A DNA stretch of 64,000 nt from Longimicrobiales bacterium (GTDB lineage: Bacteria; Gemmatimonadota; Gemmatimonadetes; Longimicrobiales; Gaopeijiaceae). Both the position numbers and the translations under genes were made by a program. This document shows, piece by piece, positions 20,593 through 30,316 of the stretch (its first letter is position 1; every line of letters starts with the position of its first letter). The DNA lies in assembly GCA_965198065.1 (NCBI GenBank), contig CBDAON010000004.1:736001-800000 (forward strand). Direction: 5' to 3'. The notes below the pieces were generated by a model. It had not been told where the DNA came from and ran no database searches. It saw only the letters and a program-made list of their open reading frames with translations.

Positions 20593-21074
20593 CCGACGAC
20601 GTCCCGTGACCACGCGCCCGTGGCCAGGAGCACGAACGTCCCCGCGGCCGCGGCGTACACGGCCGCCACGGGGCCCTGGACGACGAGCGCGTTCCACGGG
20701 TCCGTGCGCGCCCCCTCCCCGGAGAAGAGCCAGTGGAGCGCCACCCTCGACCAGCTCCCCAGCGCGAGATACGAAATCAGGAAGACGAGCGAGTCGCCGA
20801 GGAAGAGGTCGCGCGAGCGCGCCCCGAGGATCCCCAGGATCGTGAGAGCCATCGCGTTGGCCCCGAAGGAAAGGACGGAAAAGGCGTCTTCCAGGAGCCC
20901 CAGGCCGAACCCGAGCCCCGCGGCCGGACCGGGCCGAACCTCGCGGGCAACCAGGAGCAATCCGACCGACAGCAGGTCGGGAGCCCAGGCGCCCAGCCCG
21001 AGTCCCACACGTAGAAGGAAATGCAAGATCGGCAGGAGGAGCGCAACTGTCCAGAAGAGGCGCGGTCGCCTCAC
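20589..21074 (-). CDS. mreD: Rod shape-determining protein MreD
   Basis: Hydrophobic ~160 aa with PDL and GFGLGLLED motifs, between mreC and mrdA. Confidence 0.85.
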   Translation of the reverse strand: MRRPRLFWTVALLLPILHFLLRVGLGLGAWAPDLLSVGLLLVAREVRPGPAAGLGFGLGLLEDAFSVLSFGANAMALTILGILGARSRDLFLGDSLVFLISYLALGSWSRVALHWLFSGEGARTDPWNALVVQGPVAAVYAAAAGTFVLLATGAWSRDVVG

Positions 21075-21994
21075 GGCGCCGCTTGCAACGGGGCCCCCGA
21101 AGGGACGCCCTCGGGTACGAGGTCCGACGGAAGGACGGGCGCTTCGCGGAGCCAGAGGGAGTCGAGGGGCCGGTCCGTCCCCGGGCCCGACGCGATCAGC
21201 ACCAGCACGTGGGTCGCGGTTCCCGGGCGGGCCGCAGGCTCGACCCAGAAGCTCTTTCTCCACCCGGCCTCAGCTTCGGCGAGGGCCGACACCGTGCCCA
21301 CCGGAATCCCCCGCGGGTAAACGCTTCCCCGTCCACTCGTCACCAGCCGCTCCCCCTCCTCGACGGGCGTGTAGAAGGGGACTCCGTTCAGGATCAGCCG
21401 ATCCTCTTCGCGGAAGGCACCCTGGCGCGACTCAATGAAGCCGAACGCCTCGCCGTCCTCCGTCATCACGCTCACCCCGAACTCGGGGTGCGTCCAGTCC
21501 ATGACCACGGCGGACCCCGCAAACACCTCACGGACCACTCCGATCAGGCCGTCCGCGACGATGACCGGGTCGTAGAGGAAGACGCCGTCGGCCGTCCCCA
21601 CATCGAGGAGGAACATGCTCTCCGAGCCCAGCGTCCCCGGACGGATCGCGCTGGCCGCGAGCGCGCCCGCCCCGGCCCGAGTGCGAAGACCGAGAAGCGC
21701 GCGGAGCCGCTCGTTCTCCTCCACGAGCGTCGTCTGGGAGAGGAGCGCGGTCACCACCGAGTCGAGGCGGTCACGAAGCTCGGACGCCTCCTCGGCTCGC
21801 ACCCGGCCGCTCGACAGCTCCTCCTGGGTGAGAATGAACGGAGCCAGGATCGAGGCCCGCAGGCCCGAGGAAATCCGCTGCTGCAGGGGGGGGGGGAGGA
21901 CCAGGAGGATGGCGGAAAGAGCGACGAACAAGAGCGGGAGGATCCACTCCCGTCGGTCCCGGGCGTCGCTCTTTTCGGCCTCGAAGGGAAGCAT
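21071..21994 (-). CDS. mreC: Rod shape-determining protein MreC
   Basis: TM, coiled coil EENERLRALLGL, LVTSGRGSVYPRGIPVG. Confidence 0.92.
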   Translation of the reverse strand: MLPFEAEKSDARDRREWILPLLFVALSAILLVLPPPLQQRISSGLRASILAPFILTQEELSSGRVRAEEASELRDRLDSVVTALLSQTTLVEENERLRALLGLRTRAGAGALAASAIRPGTLGSESMFLLDVGTADGVFLYDPVIVADGLIGVVREVFAGSAVVMDWTHPEFGVSVMTEDGEAFGFIESRQGAFREEDRLILNGVPFYTPVEEGERLVTSGRGSVYPRGIPVGTVSALAEAEAGWRKSFWVEPAARPGTATHVLVLIASGPGTDRPLDSLWLREAPVLPSDLVPEGVPSGAPLQAAP

Positions 21995-22008
21995 CGTCCC
22001 CAGGTCCG

Positions 22009-23052
22009 TCAGTTCACGAGCACGTTCCGGTACTTCTGAAGGTCGTCCAGGATCCTTCCGGCCCCCCGGACCACGCACGTGAGGGGCTCCTCGTCCACGT
22101 GGATCGGGAGGTTCGTCTCGGCGGTGAGGAGCCGGTCGAGTCCCCGTATCATAGCCCCGCCCCCCGTCATCACGATCCCCCGATCCACGATGTCGGACGC
22201 GAGCTCGGGCGGGGTGATCTCGAGCGCGCGCCGCACCGCTTCCACGATCTGCTGGATCGGCTCCTGCGTGCACTCCCGGACCTCGTCCGAGTGGACGGAG
22301 ACCGTCTTCGGGATGCCGCTCACCAGGTCGCGCCCCTTGACGTCCATCGTCCTCTCTTCGCCGAAATCGAACGCCGACCCGATCTGAATCTTCACGGCCT
22401 CCGAGGTCGGCTCCCCGATCAGGAGATTGTAGTTCTTCCGGAGGAACGTGACGATCGACGCGTCCAGCTCGTCCCCCCCGACCCGGATGGACGTGTTGGA
22501 CACGATCCCCGACAGGGCGATCACCGCGATCTCGGTCGTTCCCCCGCCGATGTCGATGATCATGTTCCCCGTGGGCGTCTCGATCGGGAGCCCCACGCCG
22601 ATCGCGGCCGCGGTCGGCTCGGCCACCATGTAGACGGCCTTGGCCCCGGCGGCCATGGCGGAGGAGCGCACGGCGCGCCGCTCGAGCTCGGTGATCCCGG
22701 ACGGGACCCCGACCACCACACGGGGCTTGATGCGGAAGATGTGCTTCGAGGTGACCTGCTTAAGGAAGTGGCGGAGCATCATCTCCGTCACGTCCACGTC
22801 CGCGATGACCCCATCCTTCATGGGCCGGACGGCCTCGATGTTCTCGGGCGTGCGCCCGAGCATTCTCTTCGCCTCGAGCCCGATCCCCAGGACCCGCATC
22901 GAGCCCTTCTCGACCGCCACGACGGACGGCTCGTTCAGGGCGATCCCCTCGCCCTTGACGTATACCAGCGTGTTGGCCGTCCCCAGATCGACGGCGATGT
23001 CATTCACGGGAACGAGGGAGCCGGAATTAAACCACTTAGAGAACGAAGCCAA
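22009..23052 (-). CDS. mreB: Actin-like protein MreB
   Basis: DLGTANT, NEPSVVA, RPMKDGVIAD, DIGGGTTE, PPELASDI, MTGGGA. Confidence 0.97.
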   Translation of the reverse strand: MASFSKWFNSGSLVPVNDIAVDLGTANTLVYVKGEGIALNEPSVVAVEKGSMRVLGIGLEAKRMLGRTPENIEAVRPMKDGVIADVDVTEMMLRHFLKQVTSKHIFRIKPRVVVGVPSGITELERRAVRSSAMAAGAKAVYMVAEPTAAAIGVGLPIETPTGNMIIDIGGGTTEIAVIALSGIVSNTSIRVGGDELDASIVTFLRKNYNLLIGEPTSEAVKIQIGSAFDFGEERTMDVKGRDLVSGIPKTVSVHSDEVRECTQEPIQQIVEAVRRALEITPPELASDIVDRGIVMTGGGAMIRGLDRLLTAETNLPIHVDEEPLTCVVRGAGRILDDLQKYRNVLVN

Positions 23053-23090
23053 GACTTGAGCCGAACGGGATCTGAGGCCGAGCGGGCCAG

Positions 23091-23125
23091 AAATAAAAAG
23101 CTCCAGCGCGCCGCAACGCCGGAGC
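23091..23125 (-). terminator. Intrinsic terminator-like hairpin in the mreB 5' leader
   Basis: Minus strand GCTCCGGCG-ttgcggcg-CGCTGGAGC (9 bp with one GU) followed by TTTTTATTT. Confidence 0.7.
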
Positions 23126-23132
23126 GTGCTCG

Positions 23133-23161
23133 ATTGTACGATTCCGAGGCAACCCGGGCAA
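23133..23161 (-). promoter_or_regulatory. Putative sigma70 promoter of the mre operon
   Basis: TTGCCC-17 nt-TACAAT. Confidence 0.65.
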
Positions 23162-23185
23162 GCCTCGGGACCGACCCGCGGCGCG

Positions 23186-23265
23186 CCCCGTCCAGGGCCC
23201 TCGGTTCATCCCCGTCCAGGGGCCTCGGCTCATCGCCCTCCAGGCCCCTCAGCCCCTCCCCGTCG
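23186..23265. repeat. Imperfect 24-bp tandem repeats across the dut stop codon
   Basis: ccccgtccagggccctcggttcat / ccccgtccaggggcctcggctcat / cgccctccaggcccctcagcccct / ccccgtc... Confidence 0.75.
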
Positions 23266-23692
23266 AGCCGAACCCGCCTTTTCCACGCGCGCTTTCCTCC
23301 ACGCGCTCCGATTCGGCCGTCTCCGGAGTCTCGAACCGCGCGAAGACGAGCTGGGCGATCCGTTCGCCTCTGGAGATCGTCACGGGCCGGTTCCCCAGGT
23401 TCATGAGGATCACCTTGAGCTCTCCCCGGAAGTCGGGATCGATCGTGCCGGGGGCGTTCGGAACCGTGATCCCGTGCCGGAGAGCGAGCCCTGACCGGGG
23501 CCGGACTTGGCACTCGAGCCCGTCGGGCATCTCCATCACGAGCCCGGTGGCTACGGCCTTCCGCCGGCCCGGCGCCAGCTCGAAGTCCGGCTCCGCCGAG
23601 CGGACGTCGTACCCGGCCGCCTGGGCCGATGCACGCTCCGGGAGGGGGAGGTCGGGGTTCGATGGAAGCCTGAGGAAGCGGACGCCGGCCAC
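23249..23692 (-). CDS. dut: dUTP diphosphatase
   Basis: AAGYDV, QVRPRSGLA, NAPGTIDPDFRGE, ERIAQLV, RGKGGFGSTG. Confidence 0.96.
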   Translation of the reverse strand: MAGVRFLRLPSNPDLPLPERASAQAAGYDVRSAEPDFELAPGRRKAVATGLVMEMPDGLECQVRPRSGLALRHGITVPNAPGTIDPDFRGELKVILMNLGNRPVTISRGERIAQLVFARFETPETAESERVEESARGKGGFGSTGRG

Positions 23693-23696
23693 CGGA

Positions 23697-25010
23697 TTAG
23701 GACGCCCGCTCGGGCCGGGGCTCTCCGCCCACACCCGGTCCCAGGTGCAGGATCACCTGGCGATCCGGCCGGAAGTAGCGGGCCGCCACGTCCGCAACCT
23801 GCTCCGCCGTGACGGCTTCGATCGTGGCGAGCAACTCGTCCAGGGTCAGCCTCGGCTCGTCGTAAAGGGCAAAGCTGGCCAGCCGGTAGAGCCGTGAGCC
23901 AGTGGACTCGAGGGAGAGCATCAGCTGTCCTTTGACTTGGTCCTTCACTTCCCGGAGCTCGGTGTCCCCGAGCCCGTCACGGGCCAGCTTCGCGTACTCC
24001 TCCTGAACCGCCTCGGCCGCCCGCTCCCGCCACTCGGGACGGGTTCCGAGGTACACCCCGGCCACGCCGGCCCTGGAGTAGAGGGACTGGAACGAGTACA
24101 CCGTGTACGCCAGGCCGAGCTCCTCCCGGATCCGCTGGAAGAGCCTGGACCCCATCCCTCCGCCGAAGCAGGCCGAGATTAGGACCAGGGGGAACCGGGC
24201 CTGGTCGGCCCTGGGGGGGGTACGCGTCCCGAACACGAGGTGTGCTTGGGTTCCGTCCCTGGAGACCCGGTGCTCCCGCCCTGCCACGTCCTCCGCCACC
24301 TCGGGGATCCTGGACGGCTCGCCGCCCCGGACCCCGGAGAACAGGGCCTCGGCCGAATCCACGAACCGATCGTGGTCGAGGAAGCCCGCCGCGCCCACGA
24401 TGAGCTGTCCTCCCAAGTAGCGCTCCTCGTGGAGCGCCCGAAGCGTCGCCGCCGTCATGCTCCCGACCGTCTCGCGCGTCCCGAGGATCGAGCGCCCGTA
24501 AGGGTGTCCCTCCCAGAGGGCTTCCCCGTGCAGCTCGAACACCAGGTCGTCCGGGGTGTCCTCCATGGCCGCAATCTCCTCGAGCACCACCTCGCGCTCG
24601 AGGTCCAGGTCTTCGGGCCGGAGGAGCGGATCCAGCACGAGATCGGCCAACACCTCTAGGGCGAGAGGAAGGTGCTCCGAGAGGACTCTGGCCTGGAAGG
24701 ACGTGTGCTCGCGCGACGTGAAGGCGTCGAGCGAGCCGCCGAGGCGCTCTAGCGAGAGCGCAATCTCCTTCGCCGTCCGGTTCCCCGTCCCCTTGAAGAC
24801 CATGTGCTCGAGCATGTGACTCGAGCCGGCCACCTCGGGCGATTCGTGCGCGGCGCCGCGACGGACCCACACCCCGGCCGTGACGGATCGCACGCCGGGA
24901 ATCGCCTCCGTGAGGACCCGGATTCCGTTCGAGAGGACCGTCTCCCGGATCTCCCCTTGGATCGCCTCCGGCGTAGCTAGGACGGGGGCCGTGCGCCCGC
25001 GTGAGATCAC
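23697..25010 (-). CDS. M16 family (pitrilysin-like) peptidase
   Basis: HMLEHMVFKGT inverted zinc motif, AFTSREHT, GGGMGSRLFQRIREELGLAY. Confidence 0.93.
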   Translation of the reverse strand: MISRGRTAPVLATPEAIQGEIRETVLSNGIRVLTEAIPGVRSVTAGVWVRRGAAHESPEVAGSSHMLEHMVFKGTGNRTAKEIALSLERLGGSLDAFTSREHTSFQARVLSEHLPLALEVLADLVLDPLLRPEDLDLEREVVLEEIAAMEDTPDDLVFELHGEALWEGHPYGRSILGTRETVGSMTAATLRALHEERYLGGQLIVGAAGFLDHDRFVDSAEALFSGVRGGEPSRIPEVAEDVAGREHRVSRDGTQAHLVFGTRTPPRADQARFPLVLISACFGGGMGSRLFQRIREELGLAYTVYSFQSLYSRAGVAGVYLGTRPEWRERAAEAVQEEYAKLARDGLGDTELREVKDQVKGQLMLSLESTGSRLYRLASFALYDEPRLTLDELLATIEAVTAEQVADVAARYFRPDRQVILHLGPGVGGEPRPERAS

Positions 25011-25052
25011 TCGAGCTTGCTCATCGAGGAGAGTGCTCGTAGTTGCAGCTCA

Positions 25053-27191
25053 CTAGGCGCGGCTCGCGGCCTCGACCTCTTCTACCTTCGAGCCCTCTTC
25101 CTCGAGGGCTGCCTTGCGAGAAAGGCGGAGGCGTCCCTTCTCGTCGATCGAGAGGAGCTTCACGCGGGTGACGACGCCCCTCTTCAGGATGTCCTCCGTC
25201 TTCTCGACGCGCTTCCCCGCGAGCTCCGAGATGTGGACCAGACCCTCCACCCCGGGCAGGATCTCCACGAAGGCCCCGAAGGTGGTCGTGTTCTTCACGG
25301 GGCCCTGGTAGATCCGACCCACCTCGGGCTCCTGGACGATCGCCTCGATCATCTCCCGGGCGCGGGCTGCCGCCTCGCCTGAGACGGCGGCGACCTTCAC
25401 GATTCCCGAGTCCTCGATGTCGATCTTCGTTCCGGTCTCCTCCTGGATCGCGCGAATCGTCTTCCCCTTGGGGCCGATGATCTCCCCGATCTTCTCCGGG
25501 TTCACTTGGATCGAGGTGATGCGAGGCGCGTGCGGCGAGAGCTCCTCCCTGGGCCGGGCGATCGTCTGATCCATGATGTCCAGGATGTGGAGGCGCGCCT
25601 GGTGGGCCCGCTCGAGCGCTTCCCCAAGGATCTCGGCCGTGAGCCCCTCGATCTTGATATCCATCTGAATCGAGGTCACCCCGGCCCGGGTCCCCGCCAC
25701 CTTGAAGTCCATGTCTCCGAGCGCGTCTTCGAGCCCGAGGATGTCCGTGAGGACCGCCATCCGCTCGCCCTCCTTGATGAGCCCCATCGCTACGCCCGCG
25801 CACGCGGCCTTGATCGGCACCCCGCCCGTCATGAGCGCGAGTGAGGTCCCGCACACCGTCGCCATCGAGGAGGAGCCGTTCGACTCCAGGATGTCTGAGA
25901 CCACTCGGATCGTGTATGGGAAGTCGTCGTACGGAGGGAGGAGGGGCTGCATGGCGCGCTCGGCGAGCGCTCCGTGTCCGATATCTCTCCTTGACGTCCC
26001 TCGGATCGGTCGCGCCTCGCCCACCGAGAACGGCGGGAAGTTGTAGTGGAGCATGAACGACTTCGAGACCTCCTCCGGAACGTCGATCGAGTCGATTCGC
26101 TGCTCATCCCTGGAGGTCCCGAGCGTGGCCACGCAGAGCGCCTGGGTCTGCCCCCGGGTGAAGAGCGCAGACCCGTGCGTCCGGGGAAGGAGCCCCACCT
26201 CGCACGAGATGTCCCGCACGTCGTTCAGCCCGCGCCCGTCCGCGCGGATCCCCTCGTCCAGGATCCGAGTCCGCATGCTTGCCTTCTCGATGGAGCGGAG
26301 GATCTCCCCGACCTGATCCTGCGACTGCTCGAACTCCGCTTCGGAGAGCTCCTTCTGGAGGCGGTCTACCACGTCTTCCTTCACGACCGCGAGGGCCTGG
26401 CTCCGCTGCTGCTTCTCGGCGAGCGCCATAGCTTCGGCTACGCGGGGCTTTGCCATGTCCTCCACGCGGGATTTGAGGTCCGCGTTCGGGACCTGGGGCG
26501 TCCACTCCATCTCGGGTTGACGCAGGTTGGCAATGAGCTCCTCCTGCATGTCGATCAGCTGCCGGATCCCGCCGTGCGCGACCTCGAGCCCCTCGAGGAC
26601 GTCGGCTTCGGGTACCTCGACCGCCCCTCCCTCCACCATGATGATCGCGTCCCGGGAGCCGGCCACGACCACGTCCACGTCCGAGTACGCAAGCTGCTGG
26701 AAGGTGGGGTTCAGGATCCAGTTTCCGCGGATGCGCCCGATCCGGACCCCAGCCACCGGGGTGCGAAAGGGGATCTTGGACAGGTTCAGCGCCGTGGACG
26801 CCCCGAGGATCGCCAGCACGTCCGCGTCGTTCTCCTGGTCGGCGGAGAGAATCGAGCAGACGACCTGCGTCTCGTTCATGAACCCGTCAGGAAAGAGCGG
26901 GCGGAGCGGTCGGTCGACCTGCCTCGCGGACAGGATCTCCTTCTCCTGGGGACGCCCCTCCCTCTTGAAGAACCCGCCCGGGATCTTCCCCGCCGCGTAG
27001 GACTTCTCGCGGTACTCGATCGTGAGCGGAAAGAAGGGAAGGTGCGTGGGGCGGTCCTGGACGGTCGCCGCGCAGAGGACCACGGTCTCGCCGAACTGCA
27101 CCAGGCAGGCCCCGTGGGACAGCTTGGCGAGGCGGCCCGTCTCGAGCGTCAGCGTTCGTCCCGCGAACTCTCGTTCGATTCGATGCATCAT
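25053..27191 (-). CDS. pnp: Polyribonucleotide nucleotidyltransferase
   Basis: [46 protein letters not shown] and S1 domains. Confidence 0.98.
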   Translation of the reverse strand: MMHRIEREFAGRTLTLETGRLAKLSHGACLVQFGETVVLCAATVQDRPTHLPFFPLTIEYREKSYAAGKIPGGFFKREGRPQEKEILSARQVDRPLRPLFPDGFMNETQVVCSILSADQENDADVLAILGASTALNLSKIPFRTPVAGVRIGRIRGNWILNPTFQQLAYSDVDVVVAGSRDAIIMVEGGAVEVPEADVLEGLEVAHGGIRQLIDMQEELIANLRQPEMEWTPQVPNADLKSRVEDMAKPRVAEAMALAEKQQRSQALAVVKEDVVDRLQKELSEAEFEQSQDQVGEILRSIEKASMRTRILDEGIRADGRGLNDVRDISCEVGLLPRTHGSALFTRGQTQALCVATLGTSRDEQRIDSIDVPEEVSKSFMLHYNFPPFSVGEARPIRGTSRRDIGHGALAERAMQPLLPPYDDFPYTIRVVSDILESNGSSSMATVCGTSLALMTGGVPIKAACAGVAMGLIKEGERMAVLTDILGLEDALGDMDFKVAGTRAGVTSIQMDIKIEGLTAEILGEALERAHQARLHILDIMDQTIARPREELSPHAPRITSIQVNPEKIGEIIGPKGKTIRAIQEETGTKIDIEDSGIVKVAAVSGEAAARAREMIEAIVQEPEVGRIYQGPVKNTTTFGAFVEILPGVEGLVHISELAGKRVEKTEDILKRGVVTRVKLLSIDEKGRLRLSRKAALEEEGSKVEEVEAASRA

Positions 27192-27235
27192 GTGGCTTCC
27201 GCTTTACAGGGTGTTTAGTCGGACGTGTCGTCAAC

Positions 27236-27266
27236 AAAAGACGGCGACCGGGGCCCGGTCGGGGTC
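27236..27266 (-). terminator. Hairpin plus short U-tract between rpsO and pnp
   Basis: Minus strand CGACCGG-gcc-CCGGTCG then CCGTCTTTT. Confidence 0.4.
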
Positions 27267-27296
27267 CCCAGCGCGCCGCTGGTATTCTAGAGCCAC

Positions 27297-27569
27297 CTAC
27301 TTCCGGAGCCCAAGATCCTCGATGAGCTGCCGATAGCGTTCCAGATTGGTCCGCTTCAGATACTCCAGCAGCCGGCGGCGGCGCCCCACCATCTTGAGGA
27401 GCCCCTGGCGGCTGTGGTGATCGGCCTTGTGGGCTTCGAAGTGATCCCTGAGATGATCGATTCGTTGGGTGAGGAGCGCGATCTGGACGGGGGCGCTGCC
27501 CCCGTCCCGGTCGTGAAGCTGATATTTCTGGACGACTTCCTGCCTCTCGGTCCTGGTCAAACCAGCCAT
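27297..27569 (-). CDS. rpsO: 30S ribosomal protein S15
   Basis: [40 protein letters not shown]. Confidence 0.97.
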   Translation of the reverse strand: MAGLTRTERQEVVQKYQLHDRDGGSAPVQIALLTQRIDHLRDHFEAHKADHHSRQGLLKMVGRRRRLLEYLKRTNLERYRQLIEDLGLRK

Positions 27570-27695
27570 TTCGCGGTCCCTCGCGCTGCCGATCAGCGCG
27601 TCCGTTTCTCTCTAACGTTGAGGATTTAGCCCTGTAAGCTATTGGCGGGCGGGTCAGGGGACAACCCGGTGGGAGGCGGTAGCGGGTCAGTCCGT

Positions 27696-27802
27696 CAGAC
27701 CCTCGAGCAGCGTCTGCTCGAGCACCGTTTGGGCAGCCTGAGCCCGAGAAGATGCAGGAGGTCTGCCGAGCGCTGGCGATCGCCATCGGATGCCAGAGCT
27801 GA
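27696..27802 (+). pseudogene. 3' remnant of a PemK/MazF-family toxin gene (5' truncated, frameshifted)
   Basis: QTLEQRLLEHRLGSLSP continues, after a 1-nt shift near 27745, as EKMQEVCRALAIAIGCQS*. This matches the typical MazF C-terminus (recognised from memory). Confidence 0.6.
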
Positions 27803-27888
27803 CTCGGACGATAGAGACACCCCGCCGCACCGATCCCCCGGAATGCGTCAGTGCCGAGTCCGTCAGCTCGTCGCTACCTGCGACGGGC

Positions 27889-28596
27889 TCATGGGCTTGC
27901 GCCGCCCCCTCCAGGCCCCCCTTCCGTCCAGGAGATAGGCACGACGTACCACCGTGAAACGGCGGTGCCCACACTGTCGCTTCCCGTCCCAGGAGTGTCC
28001 AGCATCGCCGCAGTGAGCGCGGCCTGGTCCAGAGTTCGGCGTCCCGAGCTACTGAGAATCCGGGAGATTACCGGTCGACCGGTGGAATCAACCATGACTA
28101 AGAGATCGGTTCTCCCGCGGCCGATGTCGCCAGCCGCCCGCTCACCGAACGAAGTGATGAGCCCGCGTGCCACTTCACCGAGTTGGAGGCTCGATCCGTC
28201 GGCGTAGGCGCCCGGACGCGGCCGATCCTCCAGCGAGAGCGATCGAGCCGTCAAGTTAACCACGGAAAGCTCGGCCTCCTGAGGGGCCAGCAGCCAGTTC
28301 ACTGCCAGCGAATCGCCGCGACTCGTCCAGAGGGCGGCGACCCTGCACCATGCCGTAGCAGATGCAATCGATCTCTCGGTCGGTGCTCCCAGGACCGTTC
28401 CTCGCTCGGCCCCACTGTCCCCCAGAACGACCGTGAACTCGCGATCGCCTCGGATCGATAGAGTGTCGAGTCCAAGCCCAGGGACATCTAAAGCATTCGC
28501 CAGATCTGCGTACGTCGGAGCGGCGCCCGGTCCGCACACCTGAGCCAGGACCGGCGCGGGAAGAAGAACCAGAGCCGCCAGACGCCACATCAACAT
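27889..28596 (-). CDS. Exported protein with a C-terminal TonB_C-like domain
   Basis: Signal peptide MWRLAALVLLPAPVLAQ. C-terminus GRTDLLVMVDSTGRPVISRILSSSGRRTLDQAALTAA...GTAVSRWYVVPISW fits TonB_C. Lower GC than the flanks. Confidence 0.65.
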   Translation of the reverse strand: MLMWRLAALVLLPAPVLAQVCGPGAAPTYADLANALDVPGLGLDTLSIRGDREFTVVLGDSGAERGTVLGAPTERSIASATAWCRVAALWTSRGDSLAVNWLLAPQEAELSVVNLTARSLSLEDRPRPGAYADGSSLQLGEVARGLITSFGERAAGDIGRGRTDLLVMVDSTGRPVISRILSSSGRRTLDQAALTAAMLDTPGTGSDSVGTAVSRWYVVPISWTEGGPGGGGASP

Positions 28597-28744
28597 GGAT
28601 CCGCGTAACATCGGGGGAGGCAAGTCAGCCTGTCTCAACCGACCTCGAAAGAGAAGCGCGACCATCGCGAGCCAACCGGGTGTCAGGACACCACGTACAC
28701 CGACCACGTTCGGAAGGTGGCACGGCCCGCGGCCGCCCTCTCCA

Positions 28745-30316
28745 TCAGTGAGGCGCGTCCGTTGCCCGTCCCGCCCCGCTCTCGCCATCCGGCAACGGAA
28801 CGCTCCGTGAATCCCCAAGGATCCACGCCAGCCCCGCAGCCACACCCATCACGACCGCGGCCGCGATAAACACCTCCCGGAACGTCTCGACCTGGGCCTC
28901 CTGTACGAGCTGGAGGAACTCGGGGGACCTGAAGTCGAGCGTGCTGGCCCTCGCGTAAAAGCGGCCGAACCCATGCGACGTGAGGATGGCGGCCCCGAGG
29001 AGCATCCCGGTCATGCGAGCGAGGGTGAGCCAGGCAGCGGCAGTCGCTCGCCGGTCCTCACCCACCTGATCCAGGACCGCCGCGCTTAGGGGCGCGAGCA
29101 CGAGGCCGAAGCCGAGCCCGCCCGCGATCTGGGGAGCCGTTCGCATGAGCTGGGTCAGGTCGCGGTCCCAGGCCTGGAGGCCGAGGAACCCCACAGCCAC
29201 CAGGAGACAACCGACGACCGCCGGTCCGCGGAGCCCGATGCGTCCGCCGAGCCAGCCACCGAGGAGCGCCCCGATCGGCACGGCGGCCGTGAGGCGCATG
29301 AGCGTGAGCCCCCCGGAAAGCGCTCCCTCGGCCAGGACGAGGTTCACGAACAGGGGCACACCCATGAGGGCCGTTATGAGGCCCACGCCCACGAGGAGCA
29401 TAGTCAGGTTCGACGCGAGGACCCGACGCCCGACGAGCTCCGCGAGGCGCACCATCGGCTCCCGCCCCTCCCGCTCGACCCGACGCTCGTGGAGCACGAA
29501 TACGACGGCGAAGACCGCGGCCACGAGGAGGATCCCGCCGGTTGCGGCGAGCGGCCTTGGATTCACGGGGTCCGTCACGAGCCCGTAGGTGAGGACAGCG
29601 AGAGTAGCACCCAGGAGACCGGCCCCGCGCCAGTCGATCCTCCCGCTGCTTCGGGAGCCCCCCGCGAGCCACCAGGCCCCCAACAGGGTCGGGGCGACGA
29701 CGCCCAGGTTGATCCAGAACACCCACCGCCAGCTGAGCCAATCCGTGATGATCCCGCCCCACGCGGGACCGATCAGGGCCCCGGCCTCGGTCGCGGCCGC
29801 GATAGCGCCGAGCCCCATGAGCCGGCGCTCCGGCGGGAGTTGCTCGACCACGATCGCCATGGCGACCGGGACTACGCCTCCCCCGCCCAGCGCCTGGAGG
29901 GCGCGCGCCGCGACGATCCAGTCGAAGGTCGGCATGAGGGCCACGGACGCGCTTCCGAGCATGAAGACGACGAGCGTCGAGGCCAGAACGCGGGCCAGAC
30001 CGTAGACGTCCGCAATCCGTCCTACGATCGGGAGCGCGACGAGGTAGCCCAGGAGGTAGCCGTTCACGACCCAGGACGAGCGATAGAACTCGCTGATCGG
30101 AAGCCCCACATCCTGAATGAGGGCGGGGAGCACGACCACGATGGACGTCTGATCGCTCGCCGTGATGAAGACGCCCACGCCCACGATGAAGAGGAGGAGC
30201 CGCCCCCTGGCGGCGTCGACCCCCCCCCTCGAGAGCCATCCCGCCTGGAGCCACGGGGGGACCCGGGGCCGCGGACCGGCCGCCGCCCCCAGCCCGTCCC
30301 CTTCCCGGAGAGACAC
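28745..30316 (-). CDS. 14-TM MFS transporter, Rv1410c/P55-like
   Basis: ASDQT, WVVNGYLLGY, GRIADVYG (motif A), ATEAGALIGP, SWRWVFWINL, ARMTGMLLG. Confidence 0.88.
   Translation of the reverse strand: MSLREGDGLGAAAGPRPRVPPWLQAGWLSRGGVDAARGRLLLFIVGVGVFITASDQTSIVVVLPALIQDVGLPISEFYRSSWVVNGYLLGYLVALPIVGRIADVYGLARVLASTLVVFMLGSASVALMPTFDWIVAARALQALGGGGVVPVAMAIVVEQLPPERRLMGLGAIAAATEAGALIGPAWGGIITDWLSWRWVFWINLGVVAPTLLGAWWLAGGSRSSGRIDWRGAGLLGATLAVLTYGLVTDPVNPRPLAATGGILLVAAVFAVVFVLHERRVEREGREPMVRLAELVGRRVLASNLTMLLVGVGLITALMGVPLFVNLVLAEGALSGGLTLMRLTAAVPIGALLGGWLGGRIGLRGPAVVGCLLVAVGFLGLQAWDRDLTQLMRTAPQIAGGLGFGLVLAPLSAAVLDQVGEDRRATAAAWLTLARMTGMLLGAAILTSHGFGRFYARASTLDFRSPEFLQLVQEAQVETFREVFIAAAVVMGVAAGLAWILGDSRSVPLPDGESGAGRATDAPH

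Noticed and set aside
23186..23265. 24-bp repeats as a CRISPR array
   Set aside because: Units are contiguous and degenerate, with no unique spacers.
27687..27974. 95-aa minus-strand ORF as a real gene
   Set aside because: No recognisable motifs, it overlaps the TonB-C gene end, and the opposite strand is better explained as a mazF remnant.
28683..28692. 10-bp match (TCAGGACACC) to the reverse complement of the clpB insert
   Set aside because: A 10-mer match is expected by chance in 64 kb on two strands, and the flanks do not extend.
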